Below, in pieces: positions 49,401 through 58,395 of a stretch of 64,000 nucleotides of DNA. The stretch covers positions 128,001 through 192,000 of the forward strand of contig JBGANV010000002.1 of NCBI GenBank assembly GCA_044222185.1. The letters run 5' to 3'. Position 1 is the stretch's first letter. Every line of letters begins with the position of its first letter. The translations under genes were made by a program, and so were the position numbers. The notes under the pieces are model-generated. The model saw nothing but the letters and a program-made list of their open reading frames with translations, ran no database searches and was not told the DNA's origin. The stretch comes from Planctomycetota bacterium. Lineage in GTDB: Bacteria; Planctomycetota; GCA-002687715; CAIWVZ01.

Positions 49401-49608
49401 GGATGATGATTGGCTCGGGAAAGCACTGCGTCTTGTCGTAGCCGCCGGATTGATCGTTGAATTGGATCTGCGGCATGATGGTCACGCGCGGAATCCACTC
49501 CAGAAGCGCTCCAGGACCACAGGCGGTCTGACCAACCGCCGTAACCGTGACGACAGAAACGAACGCGCAGGCGACGGCCATGTACATCGGCCGCAGTTCA
49601 AGACGCAT
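46489..49608 (-). CDS. Large secreted protein with PAD-like Ca-binding Ig region and C-terminal zincin motif
   Basis: Signal peptide, DVRVDSNNDG...LNDDDDNANG..D...EDDL, HEVWH..H..NVIM; start uncertain (49632/49608/49587). Confidence 0.65.
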   Translation of the reverse strand: MRLELRPMYMAVACAFVSVVTVTAVGQTACGPGALLEWIPRVTIMPQIQFNDQSGGYDKTQCFPEPIIIRVFPYDLDEATFWGTQGDRISPLNVYPHRDSTHVSWILQDTTPSGSTFIDRQCREVRSCQGDTVIFYPGWKIDRGSSITFKIQMDIDDGFFTPATGVSVPVTMDDPRVERPQCDGGLPELTVTIWHNANGTYRVKIDQPNAYCTQTPPGTIIGQVGASCICQLTSPLPINQVSPYRLTAASSGPGDGFICAETPSPFWGNVRDFDRKKWDCGGGAIEYDCRDSVRYAWTLQTTPGWFVSEPGTSFLAGSSSSTAQQPICWVPKIQAATIVRVSLTGDDGMPQWYTGTGVWANFDDPIVTPPSVQLTVYPCVDVRVDSNNDGTINTTDNATEECRLGNLIPLNDDDDNANGASDLGEASINGEDDLKQLQIVIPFGPPSSQSRVRLSWFPVDGVKIFTNPNKTGEVTNGAYVTFAAAGTQTYWVEGRAPGQTHIHAAVYSDMTTARFMCRNVVSVSVVGLRFLGDLSDPIPLYGPSAALEISEMVTIRLTNADVDNSFPPPLVFDAAPTGDVDNFRVEVVGLDASVNAQVDIAVMVPGQPPYPRSIEQYTLTPGTIGTVDALRTGFVRLVSNDLDDAHGGIYTRLARLDNPPVNPNEIYSNDSVSASLKINGNAFTERSLPVFRPPTEAGVNALRTARLRLFGLPGEAWNYDEAVDWINDDLAQAGMRVHASETTNLNPVNNAIHFWQTQPTAYTLGAGAISGEVNGVEVRVDFLLGDNIATVVNNLIIAIATTQLPEGYLVPEFQTIAWPTGPQYMVLINRREIPFRANITRAFAIEGNPPPTVGFGVEGFASPPSDAFSLGTYAMCLNYGRMDPTAIDVFILNADAVLPGGATYGLSYFPVGFPHADAFDNTIFVGKYAMGVTTPPVVPGGPVFTLGLNPHIFSHEVWHVLAAGVQPWMPAALDPSHSLDPRNVIMSPTLLSPADLVHITEPDPLAAKRLVLLQSIDARADTGSTPPSSAWLLRLLWPN

Positions 49609-50060
49609 GGTTGATCTCCGATGAAGCGCCACGACGGCGCCAGCACCTGTCTTCTTGAGATCGTCTGCAGAAAGCGGACACGGCCCTCACTCGGCGACGG
49701 CCGATGAATCCCCCTTCGGAGAGCGTCGTTGCCCGCTCCCTCGGTGCGCCGTGGAATTCGTGTGCCGATCGGCCCGCCGCACGCGCCGGTGGTGCGTCGC
49801 GCGACACCGATCGATCGAGGCGGTCGCAACCCCCCTCCGATGAGCTGAAGCCGTTGCGCGAACGCGGCGCCGGCGCCCCAGCAGCGTGCACACCTCGCGG
49901 CGTGCGCTTCGTGAGGGGCCGGGGCCCCATCCGCTCGATCGCCAGGCGTACCAGCGCTTCGGCCTTCCCGGCAGTACGGCCGCGCGATCGCCGGGCTGCG
50001 CACGCGTCGCTTTCCTGCACGTCCTCGGAGCGCTCGCCGACACGCTGGTACAGTCGCCGC

Positions 50061-53000
50061 ATGGTCACCCGCGTCGATCAAATTCGGGTCTTTCTCAGCT
50101 CACGCATGGCCGGGCTCAAGGACCTCAGGGCGACGTTGAAGCGATCGCTGGAACGTCAGGGACTCGACGTGTTCGTCTACGAAGTCGACGCCGGAGCGCG
50201 ACCCGACGACCCGGAATCGGCGTCGCTGACGGAGGTCGAGCGCGCCGACATCGTCGTCCTCGTCCTCGAGCACTCCTACGGCGAGATCACGGAGCGGGAG
50301 TACGACCACGCGCGAAAGCACGACAAACCCTGTCTCGTCTACACGCGTCTCGACGGTCCCGTCGACCCCAACCAGAGACGCTTCCTCGACAAGCTGTCCG
50401 GTGCACGCGGCGCGCCGAGTCGGGAGAGATTCACCGACGCGCCCGAACTCGCGGACAAGGTTGCACGCGACACCCAGTCGTGGCTCGTGCGGGAGTTCCG
50501 CCGCCTGTCCGCGGCCGTGATAGACCCAGCGAGTCCTCCGCGCCAGGCTGCGCAGTTCCACGTCCTCATGGAGCGGCTCCAGACCGCGTCGTCCATGGGA
50601 CTTCAAACTGGCAGCGCCGCCGACCTGCTCGCGTGGCAGCTGCGGCTGTGGTTCGATGCTCTGGGTTATCCACTAGACGGTGAGACGTCAGCGAACGGAG
50701 CGTACGTCGACTTCCTCGTCCGCCTACCGGAACGTCGACGTCAGTTTCGAACCGTGCTCGTCCGGGCCAAGGATTCGGAGGTTCGTGCGCCCGACGTGGA
50801 AGAGGCCGTGCAACTCTTGGAACACAAGCGGGCGGAGCTGCGCCTGGACGAGTGTTGGCTCGTCGGTCCGCGCCGCGTTTCGCCGGCGGCCCGAGAGGCT
50901 GCGCGACCGGGCCGCCACGTCGACGTCTTCACGCTCGACGAGATCATCGAGGAGGATGTCGACTTCACGCCCTATTTCGAGTGGCTGGATGCCGAGGCTC
51001 GAAGGACCAAGATCGACGAATCGTACGTACCGCTTGCGGCCACGGTGACGGAGTTCGCCGCCGACGGCAAGTCGGCCGGAAAGAGCCGCTACACGGACGT
51101 CGGCGTGTACGTGGATCGGTGGCTCGACGATCCATCGGGTGAACACGTCAGCCTTCTCGGCGAGTTCGGGACCGGCAAGTCCTGGTTCTCCTTGGAATAC
51201 GCCGTCGGGCTATCGAGGAAATATCGGGCCGCGCAATCGGCCGGAGCGACGCGTCCGCGGATCCCGCTGCTCGTCCGGCTGCGCGACTACTCCCGAGGGT
51301 TCAAAGACGTCGCGTCGCTACTCACGGACGTCGTCTTCCGCGAGCATCAGATCAACATCCCGACGTACTCCGCTTTGGAAGTGCTGAACCGGCTTGGACG
51401 CCTGTTGTTCATCTTCGACGGATTCGACGAGATGGCGGCCCGCGTGGATCGCCAGAAGATGACGGACAACTTCTGGGCGATGGCAGCAGTCCTCAGTCCG
51501 GGCGCGAAGGCGATCCTCACGTGTCGCACGGAGTACTTCCAGTTCGCACAGCAAGCGCGCGACATCCTCGAAGGGCGACTACGCGGCAGCAAGATGCGCG
51601 ACGTCGCCGACACGTCTCGGTTCCAGGTCGCTGAACTCGAGATGTTCGACGACGCGCGACTCCGGAAGGTCCTGGCGAAGAAGGCATCGCCATCCCAGGT
51701 CGACGCCGTCATGGCGAACAAGAATCTGGTCGACCTCGCCCGTCGCCCGGTCATGGTGGATTTGTTGATCGAGGCCATGCCGTCCCTCGACGCCGACCGA
51801 GCCGACATGGCGCAGGTGTACTACCAGGCCGTGAAGCTCAAGATGGAGCGTGACATCCGGCAAAGCCGAACGTTCACGTCCATGGTCGACAAGATGTTCT
51901 TCATGTGCGAGTTGTCGTGGGAGATGCTGTCCACGGACCAGATGAAGTTCCATTACAAGGCCATCCCCGAGCGCATTCGCGCCTACTTCGGCGGGCGCGT
52001 CCAGAATGCAGAGGAAGACCACTGGCACCACGACCTCCTGTCACAGACCATGCTCGTCCGTGACGACGAGGGGCATTATCGGCCCGCGCATCGTTCACTA
52101 TTGGAGTTCTTCGTCGCCTACAAGCTTTCCGCAGAGCTGGGAGCCATCCGCAACGCGTACCTGGACATCGTCCGCGCGCGCGCATCCGTCGATCCCGGGC
52201 TTCCGCCGGCCCGATATCGTTGGTCGACTTACTTCGCCGCGGAGAGTTCGAGCAAACATCCCAAGCCGGTGCTTTCGGAGTTCACGCGCGATTTCGAGGC
52301 CAGGCTCGGGGCTTCCTGGGGGCGGGCAAAGATCGATGGCGCATTGTCCGGCCTCATCTTCCTGCTCTGCGGCAAGGAGCGGCTTCACGACGCGCTGCGC
52401 GCGAGTGGAGAGGACGCCCCGGCCTCGGCGCACTACGTTGCCCGGTTGCTGAGCCTGCTTGCACAACACGGCCCGATCGGGGCGGTGTCCCTGCCCGGGG
52501 CCATCGTGAATGATGTGAGACTCGTGCGGCAGGATCTGACGAGCGCGAGCCTCGCGCGCAGCGTCTGGACGAACGGTTCGTTGGAGCGCGTGCGATTCGA
52601 CGACGCTTGCCTGGCCGAATCCCGATTCCAGAACATGAGACTGACCGACGTCACGTTCCGGAGTGCGGATCTCACGTCATGCGAGGTCGACGAAAGGTCC
52701 ACGATCGGAGCAACGATCCAGGCAGCGGCATGGTGTCGCATCGGCGAGCGGGAACTCGTCATCGCATCGTCGACCGACGGCCGGTTCGTCGCGATCGAGC
52801 CCTCGGCTGAATACGCAATCGAGTTTGCGCCGCCCTTCGATCCTCGATCGTGGGAAGCCCTGATCGAGGGCTCAGTTGCAGTGGCCGGGATCGGCGTCCT
52901 CGAATTCGGTCCGAAGGCGGTTGTCGCGGCGTCGCCTTCTGGGAGTCCCCGTTGGAGACCGACCGTGCTCCCGGCCGAGATGACCATGCTCTCGAATTCG

Positions 53001-53465
53001 TCCACCCACGGCTCCATCCACAGCCGCCCGGTCATCGTGAGCATGCAGGCATCGCAAGACCTGGTCGCGTCCGATGAGTACGTCGACGCGAGCCACCAAG
53101 GAGGTCCTGACGAGGGATTCCTGGCCGTTGCCCCCTCGGGCCGAATGCTTGCCGGCTTGAGTATCTGGGGCACGGACTCCGCGTTCCTCACACGGGGGCG
53201 CCGCAAGCGCATGCTGTTGAAGGACTGCGTTGTTTCCTACGGAATCACGGCCTCATTCAGCCCCAGCGATTCCCTGATCGCGCTCTGCGAGTCACCCCGA
53301 ACCGTCGGATTCTGGCGCACCGATACCGGTGAACTCGTCGCGACCTTTCGGATGCCACCGCTGTGCGTCGGCGCCCGCATCGACGACGCGAAGGGCATCG
53401 GGGGCGGGACGGCGCTTCGGATCGATCGGGCGCGGCGCGTTTCGGCGGATGGGGCGCCCGGCTGA
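50061..53465 (+). CDS. DUF4062 + inactive REase-like + NACHT NTPase + pentapeptide + WD40-like protein (NLR-like)
   Basis: IRVFLSS..YG..TEREY (DUF4062), LLGEFGTGKS (Walker A), LFIFDGFDEM (Walker B), ILTCR, HRSLLEFF, ASLARS/ACLAES pentapeptides, SFSP...VGFW. Confidence 0.85.
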   Translation: MVTRVDQIRVFLSSRMAGLKDLRATLKRSLERQGLDVFVYEVDAGARPDDPESASLTEVERADIVVLVLEHSYGEITEREYDHARKHDKPCLVYTRLDGPVDPNQRRFLDKLSGARGAPSRERFTDAPELADKVARDTQSWLVREFRRLSAAVIDPASPPRQAAQFHVLMERLQTASSMGLQTGSAADLLAWQLRLWFDALGYPLDGETSANGAYVDFLVRLPERRRQFRTVLVRAKDSEVRAPDVEEAVQLLEHKRAELRLDECWLVGPRRVSPAAREAARPGRHVDVFTLDEIIEEDVDFTPYFEWLDAEARRTKIDESYVPLAATVTEFAADGKSAGKSRYTDVGVYVDRWLDDPSGEHVSLLGEFGTGKSWFSLEYAVGLSRKYRAAQSAGATRPRIPLLVRLRDYSRGFKDVASLLTDVVFREHQINIPTYSALEVLNRLGRLLFIFDGFDEMAARVDRQKMTDNFWAMAAVLSPGAKAILTCRTEYFQFAQQARDILEGRLRGSKMRDVADTSRFQVAELEMFDDARLRKVLAKKASPSQVDAVMANKNLVDLARRPVMVDLLIEAMPSLDADRADMAQVYYQAVKLKMERDIRQSRTFTSMVDKMFFMCELSWEMLSTDQMKFHYKAIPERIRAYFGGRVQNAEEDHWHHDLLSQTMLVRDDEGHYRPAHRSLLEFFVAYKLSAELGAIRNAYLDIVRARASVDPGLPPARYRWSTYFAAESSSKHPKPVLSEFTRDFEARLGASWGRAKIDGALSGLIFLLCGKERLHDALRASGEDAPASAHYVARLLSLLAQHGPIGAVSLPGAIVNDVRLVRQDLTSASLARSVWTNGSLERVRFDDACLAESRFQNMRLTDVTFRSADLTSCEVDERSTIGATIQAAAWCRIGERELVIASSTDGRFVAIEPSAEYAIEFAPPFDPRSWEALIEGSVAVAGIGVLEFGPKAVVAASPSGSPRWRPTVLPAEMTMLSNSSTHGSIHSRPVIVSMQASQDLVASDEYVDASHQGGPDEGFLAVAPSGRMLAGLSIWGTDSAFLTRGRRKRMLLKDCVVSYGITASFSPSDSLIALCESPRTVGFWRTDTGELVATFRMPPLCVGARIDDAKGIGGGTALRIDRARRVSADGAPG

Positions 53466-53479
53466 TCGCTCGACGCGGA

Positions 53480-54880
53480 TCAGTCGCGCAGCCGGAGCGC
53501 TGCTCTACAAGCCGCGGCCTGCCGAGGGAGGCGGCGCCCGGTGATGGCGACGAGCGCGTGAAATGCGGCGTCCTCGATCACCGGGTCTCCGGATCCGAGC
53601 GCGCGCACGAGGGCCGGCAGGGCTCGCGGCGACCGCAGCATGCCGAGCGCGGATGCGACGACGCCGCGCAGGGGTGAACTGTCGTCGTCCAGCAGCGCGC
53701 CGAGTTGATCGGCGAACACGTCACGAAAGAGAGGCCTCGCGGCGACTTCGCGGACGGCGTCGAGGAGCGACGCGGTGTCCCGTGCCTTCAACGCCGCCCG
53801 CAGGTCCGGGCTCTTCGAGTCGAACCAGGCAAGTTCGTCGTCGTACCACGTCTGCCAGATGGTTGCGTCCGGATCGTAGTCCGCGCCCGAGAGGACCTTG
53901 AGCGCGGCGTGCGCTTCGTCGACCGTTGTCTTGTCGCTGCCGAGCAGGCGGATCAGATCCGGCACGGCCCGTGAATCGTGGATCTGGGCGACGAGCCTCG
54001 CGGCCGCCGCGGGCACGCGCGAGCGCGGGTTCGCACGAAGGAGGCGAGCGACGATGTCGCACTCGCTGCGTGTGACGCCGCGAAACTCCTGGCTTGGAAT
54101 GTGACTGAGGTCGAGCAGCAGCGCGCGGGCGGCGTCGGGGTCCGCGGCAGGAATGCGCGCGATGAGAAATGCGACGACGTCTGGCCCCGGCGACTCGAGC
54201 AAGGCCTGCGTCGTGAGTCGCTGCGTCTCCGGCGACAGCGCTTGCCACCCATCCTTGAGCGTCGCGAGGAAAGTCGGGTCGGAACCGCGCAAGTGGCGAA
54301 GCGTCGTGCGCAATGCGGCCTCGGCTCTCGGTGCCGCCAGCTCCGTTGGTTCGAACCCGCCGATGACGTGAAGGAAGAGCGGAGTCGCAGGCGCAACGCC
54401 GATGCGCGGGATCTCCTCGATCACCATCAGGCGCCGAGCGAATGTCGCGCCATCGCAAGATGCCGCGAGGGCTGCGAGTTGCTCCGTGGGTTGCAACGAA
54501 CGGAGAGCTCGTTTCAGAACGCGTTGCTTCTCCTTGGATTCGACCGGCGCTTCAGAGTCGTCGCCCGTTGCGCCGCCCGGCCGCCGGCCCCAGCACGCCT
54601 GCAGCAGCGCCGCAGGAGAGGAGCGTCCGAGCTCGGTGAGCGCCTGCGCCCCCTCGGTTGCGGAGACGTCGGCGGCGTCGACGATTCTCCAGATGTCCGC
54701 GAGCAGCGGTGGCGCAGGATCGCTCGGGCGGAATAGCGTGAAGGCGTCGTCTGACGGCCGCGATTCCGCCGGACCCGGTATGTCATCCGGGGTCTGGGCG
54801 CCCGTCCAATGCGTCGTCAGGGTCCCGGCGAGCGCGATCACGGCCCATGCACGAACCATCGCGCGCAAGCGTTCACTCAT
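53480..54880 (-). CDS. Exported HEAT-repeat protein
   Basis: Signal-like N-terminus; repeats SRAVPDLIRLL, AHAALKVLSG..W..W, ALPALVRAL, AFHALVAITG. Confidence 0.75.
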   Translation of the reverse strand: MSERLRAMVRAWAVIALAGTLTTHWTGAQTPDDIPGPAESRPSDDAFTLFRPSDPAPPLLADIWRIVDAADVSATEGAQALTELGRSSPAALLQACWGRRPGGATGDDSEAPVESKEKQRVLKRALRSLQPTEQLAALAASCDGATFARRLMVIEEIPRIGVAPATPLFLHVIGGFEPTELAAPRAEAALRTTLRHLRGSDPTFLATLKDGWQALSPETQRLTTQALLESPGPDVVAFLIARIPAADPDAARALLLDLSHIPSQEFRGVTRSECDIVARLLRANPRSRVPAAAARLVAQIHDSRAVPDLIRLLGSDKTTVDEAHAALKVLSGADYDPDATIWQTWYDDELAWFDSKSPDLRAALKARDTASLLDAVREVAARPLFRDVFADQLGALLDDDSSPLRGVVASALGMLRSPRALPALVRALGSGDPVIEDAAFHALVAITGRRLPRQAAACRAALRLRD

Positions 54881-56261
54881 TGACCGCGGCTTCGAGCCAG
54901 GCGACGACGCCATACTTGAGGACCTGTTTCTGGGTGGGGATCCCAAGGAAGTCGATCGTCCCGTTCTTCAGCCGAAGGTCCACGTTCAACGTGAGCTTCG
55001 AGTGTTGGGTACCGAAGTCCCGATTGATGGCGACCTTGTTGGCCGCGGACATGGTGCCGTTCACGGTTACGCGCGCCGAGCCCGTCGCATTGAGGTTGTT
55101 GTCGTAGAAGTTGTTCTCGGCGTACATGAACGCATTCATCGCTTCGAGGGTTCCGAACGTGGGATCCCCGAAGTAGATGTTGCCGCTGTCGGGAACCGCG
55201 CTGTCCTTCAGCGCGATGAGCGCCAGACCATCGGTCGCCGGATGGTTGTAGTAGATGTTGTCCGAGACGTAGATGTTCCCGCGCACGACGATCGTGGGTT
55301 GGACGGATGCGCCGCCGGGTCCACGGATCTTGAACGAGTACGTCTGGTAATTGTGGATCCAGAGATTGCCGTCGATGTAGTAGAGCGACTTCCCGGCCGT
55401 CGGGAACGTCACCGTGAATGCATCGCTGCCGTCCATCGCGGCATCGAGTCGCACGGTTTCATAGGGACTCTCGAGGAAGTAGTCCGCCTTGGTCGTCGTG
55501 GCATTGGTCGTGGCGCGATCACTGCAATCGCGACGGAACATGCTCGCCGGATTGGTTTGAGGGAGCTGCCAGCCCGTGCCGCCAGCGTCGTCGGAATGAC
55601 GGGTGGCGCTCTGAAACTGCTGGGCAACGTTGACCGTCGCGATCGATGGATAGTTGATGGCACTGAAATCGGGCACCGGCTGGTGAACCCCTTCCTCGCC
55701 CACCATCCCGAACACATCGCCCGTCGCGCGCGCCGTGCCGACGATGGACGAATTGCCGTTGACCTGGATGTTCCCGCCGCTGTAGACGTCGCCATGAACC
55801 TGGTCGGCCTGGACGCCAAGGCCACCGAACTTCAGCGAGTAGGTCGGATCTCCGTCCGCGTTTCCTGCGAACAGCGCGTGGTGGAAGACGTGCCCCGTCA
55901 CGGAGACGAGCGCCTTCACGGCTCTCACCTTCCCGTTGTAGGCCGCGCGCGCGGTGACCGTGTAGGTGTTGTTGCCCCCGTCGACGGCCGTGACCCAGTA
56001 GGCGCCTCCCCCGAAACTCACGGGGCTTTGTTCGGTGCCGACGTTTCCGTCGCCGCCGTTCGAGAGCTCGAGCACCGCGTCCTGAACACCCGATTCGGCG
56101 ATGTACTGCCGAAACAGGTTCTGCCGCGCCGTCGACTGCTCCTCCGTAGTCGAGACCACGGAGGAGACCATGGTGACGCCGAACACGAGGAGGGACACCG
56201 CCAAGATCAGGCAGGTGACGAGCGTCGCGCCGCGCTCGCTGGAGGGTTGCATCCTGGCCAT
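54873..56261 (-). CDS. PilX/GspK-like minor pseudopilin with large C-terminal beta domain
   Basis: ERG|ATLV hydrophobic helix, YIAESGVQDA; repeated IVVRGNIYV / YIDGNLWI beta motifs. Confidence 0.75.
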   Translation of the reverse strand: MARMQPSSERGATLVTCLILAVSLLVFGVTMVSSVVSTTEEQSTARQNLFRQYIAESGVQDAVLELSNGGDGNVGTEQSPVSFGGGAYWVTAVDGGNNTYTVTARAAYNGKVRAVKALVSVTGHVFHHALFAGNADGDPTYSLKFGGLGVQADQVHGDVYSGGNIQVNGNSSIVGTARATGDVFGMVGEEGVHQPVPDFSAINYPSIATVNVAQQFQSATRHSDDAGGTGWQLPQTNPASMFRRDCSDRATTNATTTKADYFLESPYETVRLDAAMDGSDAFTVTFPTAGKSLYYIDGNLWIHNYQTYSFKIRGPGGASVQPTIVVRGNIYVSDNIYYNHPATDGLALIALKDSAVPDSGNIYFGDPTFGTLEAMNAFMYAENNFYDNNLNATGSARVTVNGTMSAANKVAINRDFGTQHSKLTLNVDLRLKNGTIDFLGIPTQKQVLKYGVVAWLEAAVNE

Positions 56262-56264
56262 GGG

Positions 56265-56924
56265 TTAGTTCCTCAGGGAGATCGAGGTCTCGGCGAGGCG
56301 GGAGATCACGCGCCCCCCGGCGCTCGTCGCCTGTACCGTCACGGACACCGTGATGACGCTCCCATCCATGGCGAATGCCAACCCGGGCTCGTCGATCAGA
56401 CCGTTCCCGTTGTCGTCGATGCCGTTGGCCGATTCGCCTCTCGCCAGCTCGGCGACGCCTCGAACGACGACATCGGTCCATTGGTCCGGACTTCCGACGT
56501 TCCGCACGAGCTGAATCTGGCGCTCGTCGATGAGCCCGTCGCCATCGTTGTCTTGACCGTCATCGGTCTCCGTCGGCTCGATGACCAGCTCGAGGCGACG
56601 CAAGTTCCCATAGGTCGCGCCTGACGCGTCGAATCCGTCGGCTCGGCGATACGTGATCGAGGAACTCCCGAGAGGCGCCAGCGGAACGGGCGTCAGGGTC
56701 GAGGCGCCCGCCATCGTGAGTTCCTGCGAGACGGACTCGAGCGCCCGCGCGGCCCTCTGTTGGAGGTGCGAGAACGACACCGTCGCTTGCGCCGTGTTTC
56801 CCGACGCGACGGTGACCACGAGGATGGCCCCCACGACGGTGCTGCCCAAGGCTACGGCGACGACCAGCTCCACGAGGGTGAACCCCCGTCGCTCGTCTCG
56901 TGATCCGACCGCGCATGGTCTCAT
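56265..56924 (-). CDS. PilW/GspJ-like prepilin
   Basis: RRG|FTLVELVVA class III signal; ATGA overlap with the upstream gene; C-terminal ISLRN. Confidence 0.85.
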   Translation of the reverse strand: MRPCAVGSRDERRGFTLVELVVAVALGSTVVGAILVVTVASGNTAQATVSFSHLQQRAARALESVSQELTMAGASTLTPVPLAPLGSSSITYRRADGFDASGATYGNLRRLELVIEPTETDDGQDNDGDGLIDERQIQLVRNVGSPDQWTDVVVRGVAELARGESANGIDDNGNGLIDEPGLAFAMDGSVITVSVTVQATSAGGRVISRLAETSISLRN

Positions 56925-57781
56925 TGGTATCGCGAGCTCCACTGGCTTTCGCGATTGGCGGTGAGGATACGCGGCACGCTGATCTCACGCGGCCCTGCGG
57001 CGCTCTCCCACGAGACCGTGATGAGGACGGGGAGAACCTTGTAGGTCGTCGCAGGACTCGACGCGGTGATGCTCCCGTCACCGTCCAGGTCCCAGGAACG
57101 GTCACCGAGCAACGGGTGGTGAGCACTCTCGCTGAGGTTGCCGCCGCTGTCCGTCGGGAAGGCGATCGTCACCGTCATCGGGATGTCTGCCGTCTCGGCG
57201 CTCGAGCTGGACGAACTCCCGGAACCACCGCCGTTCGAGGTCGTGTTGCCGTTCGCACTCGTGTTGCCGTTCGCACTCGTGTTGCCGTTCGCACTCGTGT
57301 TGCCGTTCGAGCTGGTGTTGCCGTTCGGCGAACTGCTCGACCCGCCCCCCTGAGTGGGTCGCGAGGTGCTCCCACCACTACTGCTTTCGGCCGCCCGCCC
57401 GAGCAGACCCGCAGGGCTGAACGTTCCGCCGATCGACGTTCCGGGTCCGTCCGGATCGTCGTCAGCGAGCGTGTTGAAGCGGGCGTACACCTCCGAGAAC
57501 GGAACCGACTGGAGCGACTCGATCACTTGTCTCACGACCGCCGTCGCGGCTCCGTATTCGCGGTTCCTCGACTCCAGCGTGATGCTCGTGACCATCATGC
57601 TGAGCGTGCCAACCGCCAGAAGACTCACGACGGTCATGGCTATGACCACTTCGAGAATCGTGAAACCGCTCTCCGGCCGTGGTGAGCTCGCCGCGCAACC
57701 GACTTCGAATGACGCGAACCGCGACGAACCTCCTCGCGGCGGATCGTCGTGCGTCCATATAGGTGGGCCCCGTCGGCTCAA
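56921..57781 (-). CDS. PilV/GspI-like prepilin with low-complexity insert
   Basis: SG|FTILEVVIAM class III signal; C-terminal PVLITVSW; start (TTG 57781) uncertain. Confidence 0.8.
   Translation of the reverse strand: MSRRGPPIWTHDDPPRGGSSRFASFEVGCAASSPRPESGFTILEVVIAMTVVSLLAVGTLSMMVTSITLESRNREYGAATAVVRQVIESLQSVPFSEVYARFNTLADDDPDGPGTSIGGTFSPAGLLGRAAESSSGGSTSRPTQGGGSSSSPNGNTSSNGNTSANGNTSANGNTSANGNTTSNGGGSGSSSSSSAETADIPMTVTIAFPTDSGGNLSESAHHPLLGDRSWDLDGDGSITASSPATTYKVLPVLITVSWESAAGPREISVPRILTANRESQWSSRYQ
57241..57330. repeat. 18-bp tandem repeat, about 5 copies, encoding (NGNTSA)n
   Basis: TCGTGTTGCCGTTCGCAC three exact copies plus two variant copies. Confidence 0.9.
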
Positions 57782-58395
57782 ACAGCGACCTCGATCAAGC
57801 GATTGATTGCGACCGCGTGCCTTCGGAATGCAGTCGATTCGATTCTGGCGTACGTCTCATCCAAGGCGAGGCCTCCAGACGGAACCCCCTGAGGGTTATC
57901 GAGCGGTTGCCTTCAGGAACAAAACCGGCGGCGCCATGTCACTCGATCGATAACCGGCACCCGCATCTCGGTATGGCTCGAACGACACGAGGACCAGACT
58001 GTGAGCGCATGTTGTCCCGATCGCACGCGGCGGCTCCGGCCATCCGCCAAGGGTGACTCAGAGAGCCGGGATCGGTCAGTCCCCCACGCGATGGCTCCCA
58101 CGGCCCTGGACCGCCGCACGTGCCGCCAGGGGAGCCTCGCTTGACCGAACGCCACGCTTAATGCCGGTCGGACGGAGCACCGCACCGCGGCGATCGGGCG
58201 AGTACTCGTCGTGGCACCGCGCTCGTCTCCGTGCCCGTCCGGACCGACGTCACGGCCGGTTGACGCTCGGTCCGCGTCGGCGACTGGCCTGCGAGGGCGC
58301 GGCGTCGCCCATGATCGGGTCGACGAATCACCGGGCATGGCGTCGATTCGACGGTTGAATCGAAGGGCGATCGGAGGGAACACCGCTCCCGAGCC

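Noticed and set aside
49704-50060. N-terminal 119 aa of the NACHT ORF
   Set aside because: Low-complexity Arg/Ala/Ser sequence; DUF4062 begins right after ATG 50061
57241-57330. Possible CRISPR array
   Set aside because: Contiguous 18-bp coding repeats without spacers; no cas genes
57782-58395. Long intergenic region that might hide an RNA gene or small CDS
   Set aside because: No tRNA cloverleaf, known riboswitch or convincing ORF recognised by eye; an Infernal/Rfam scan would be needed
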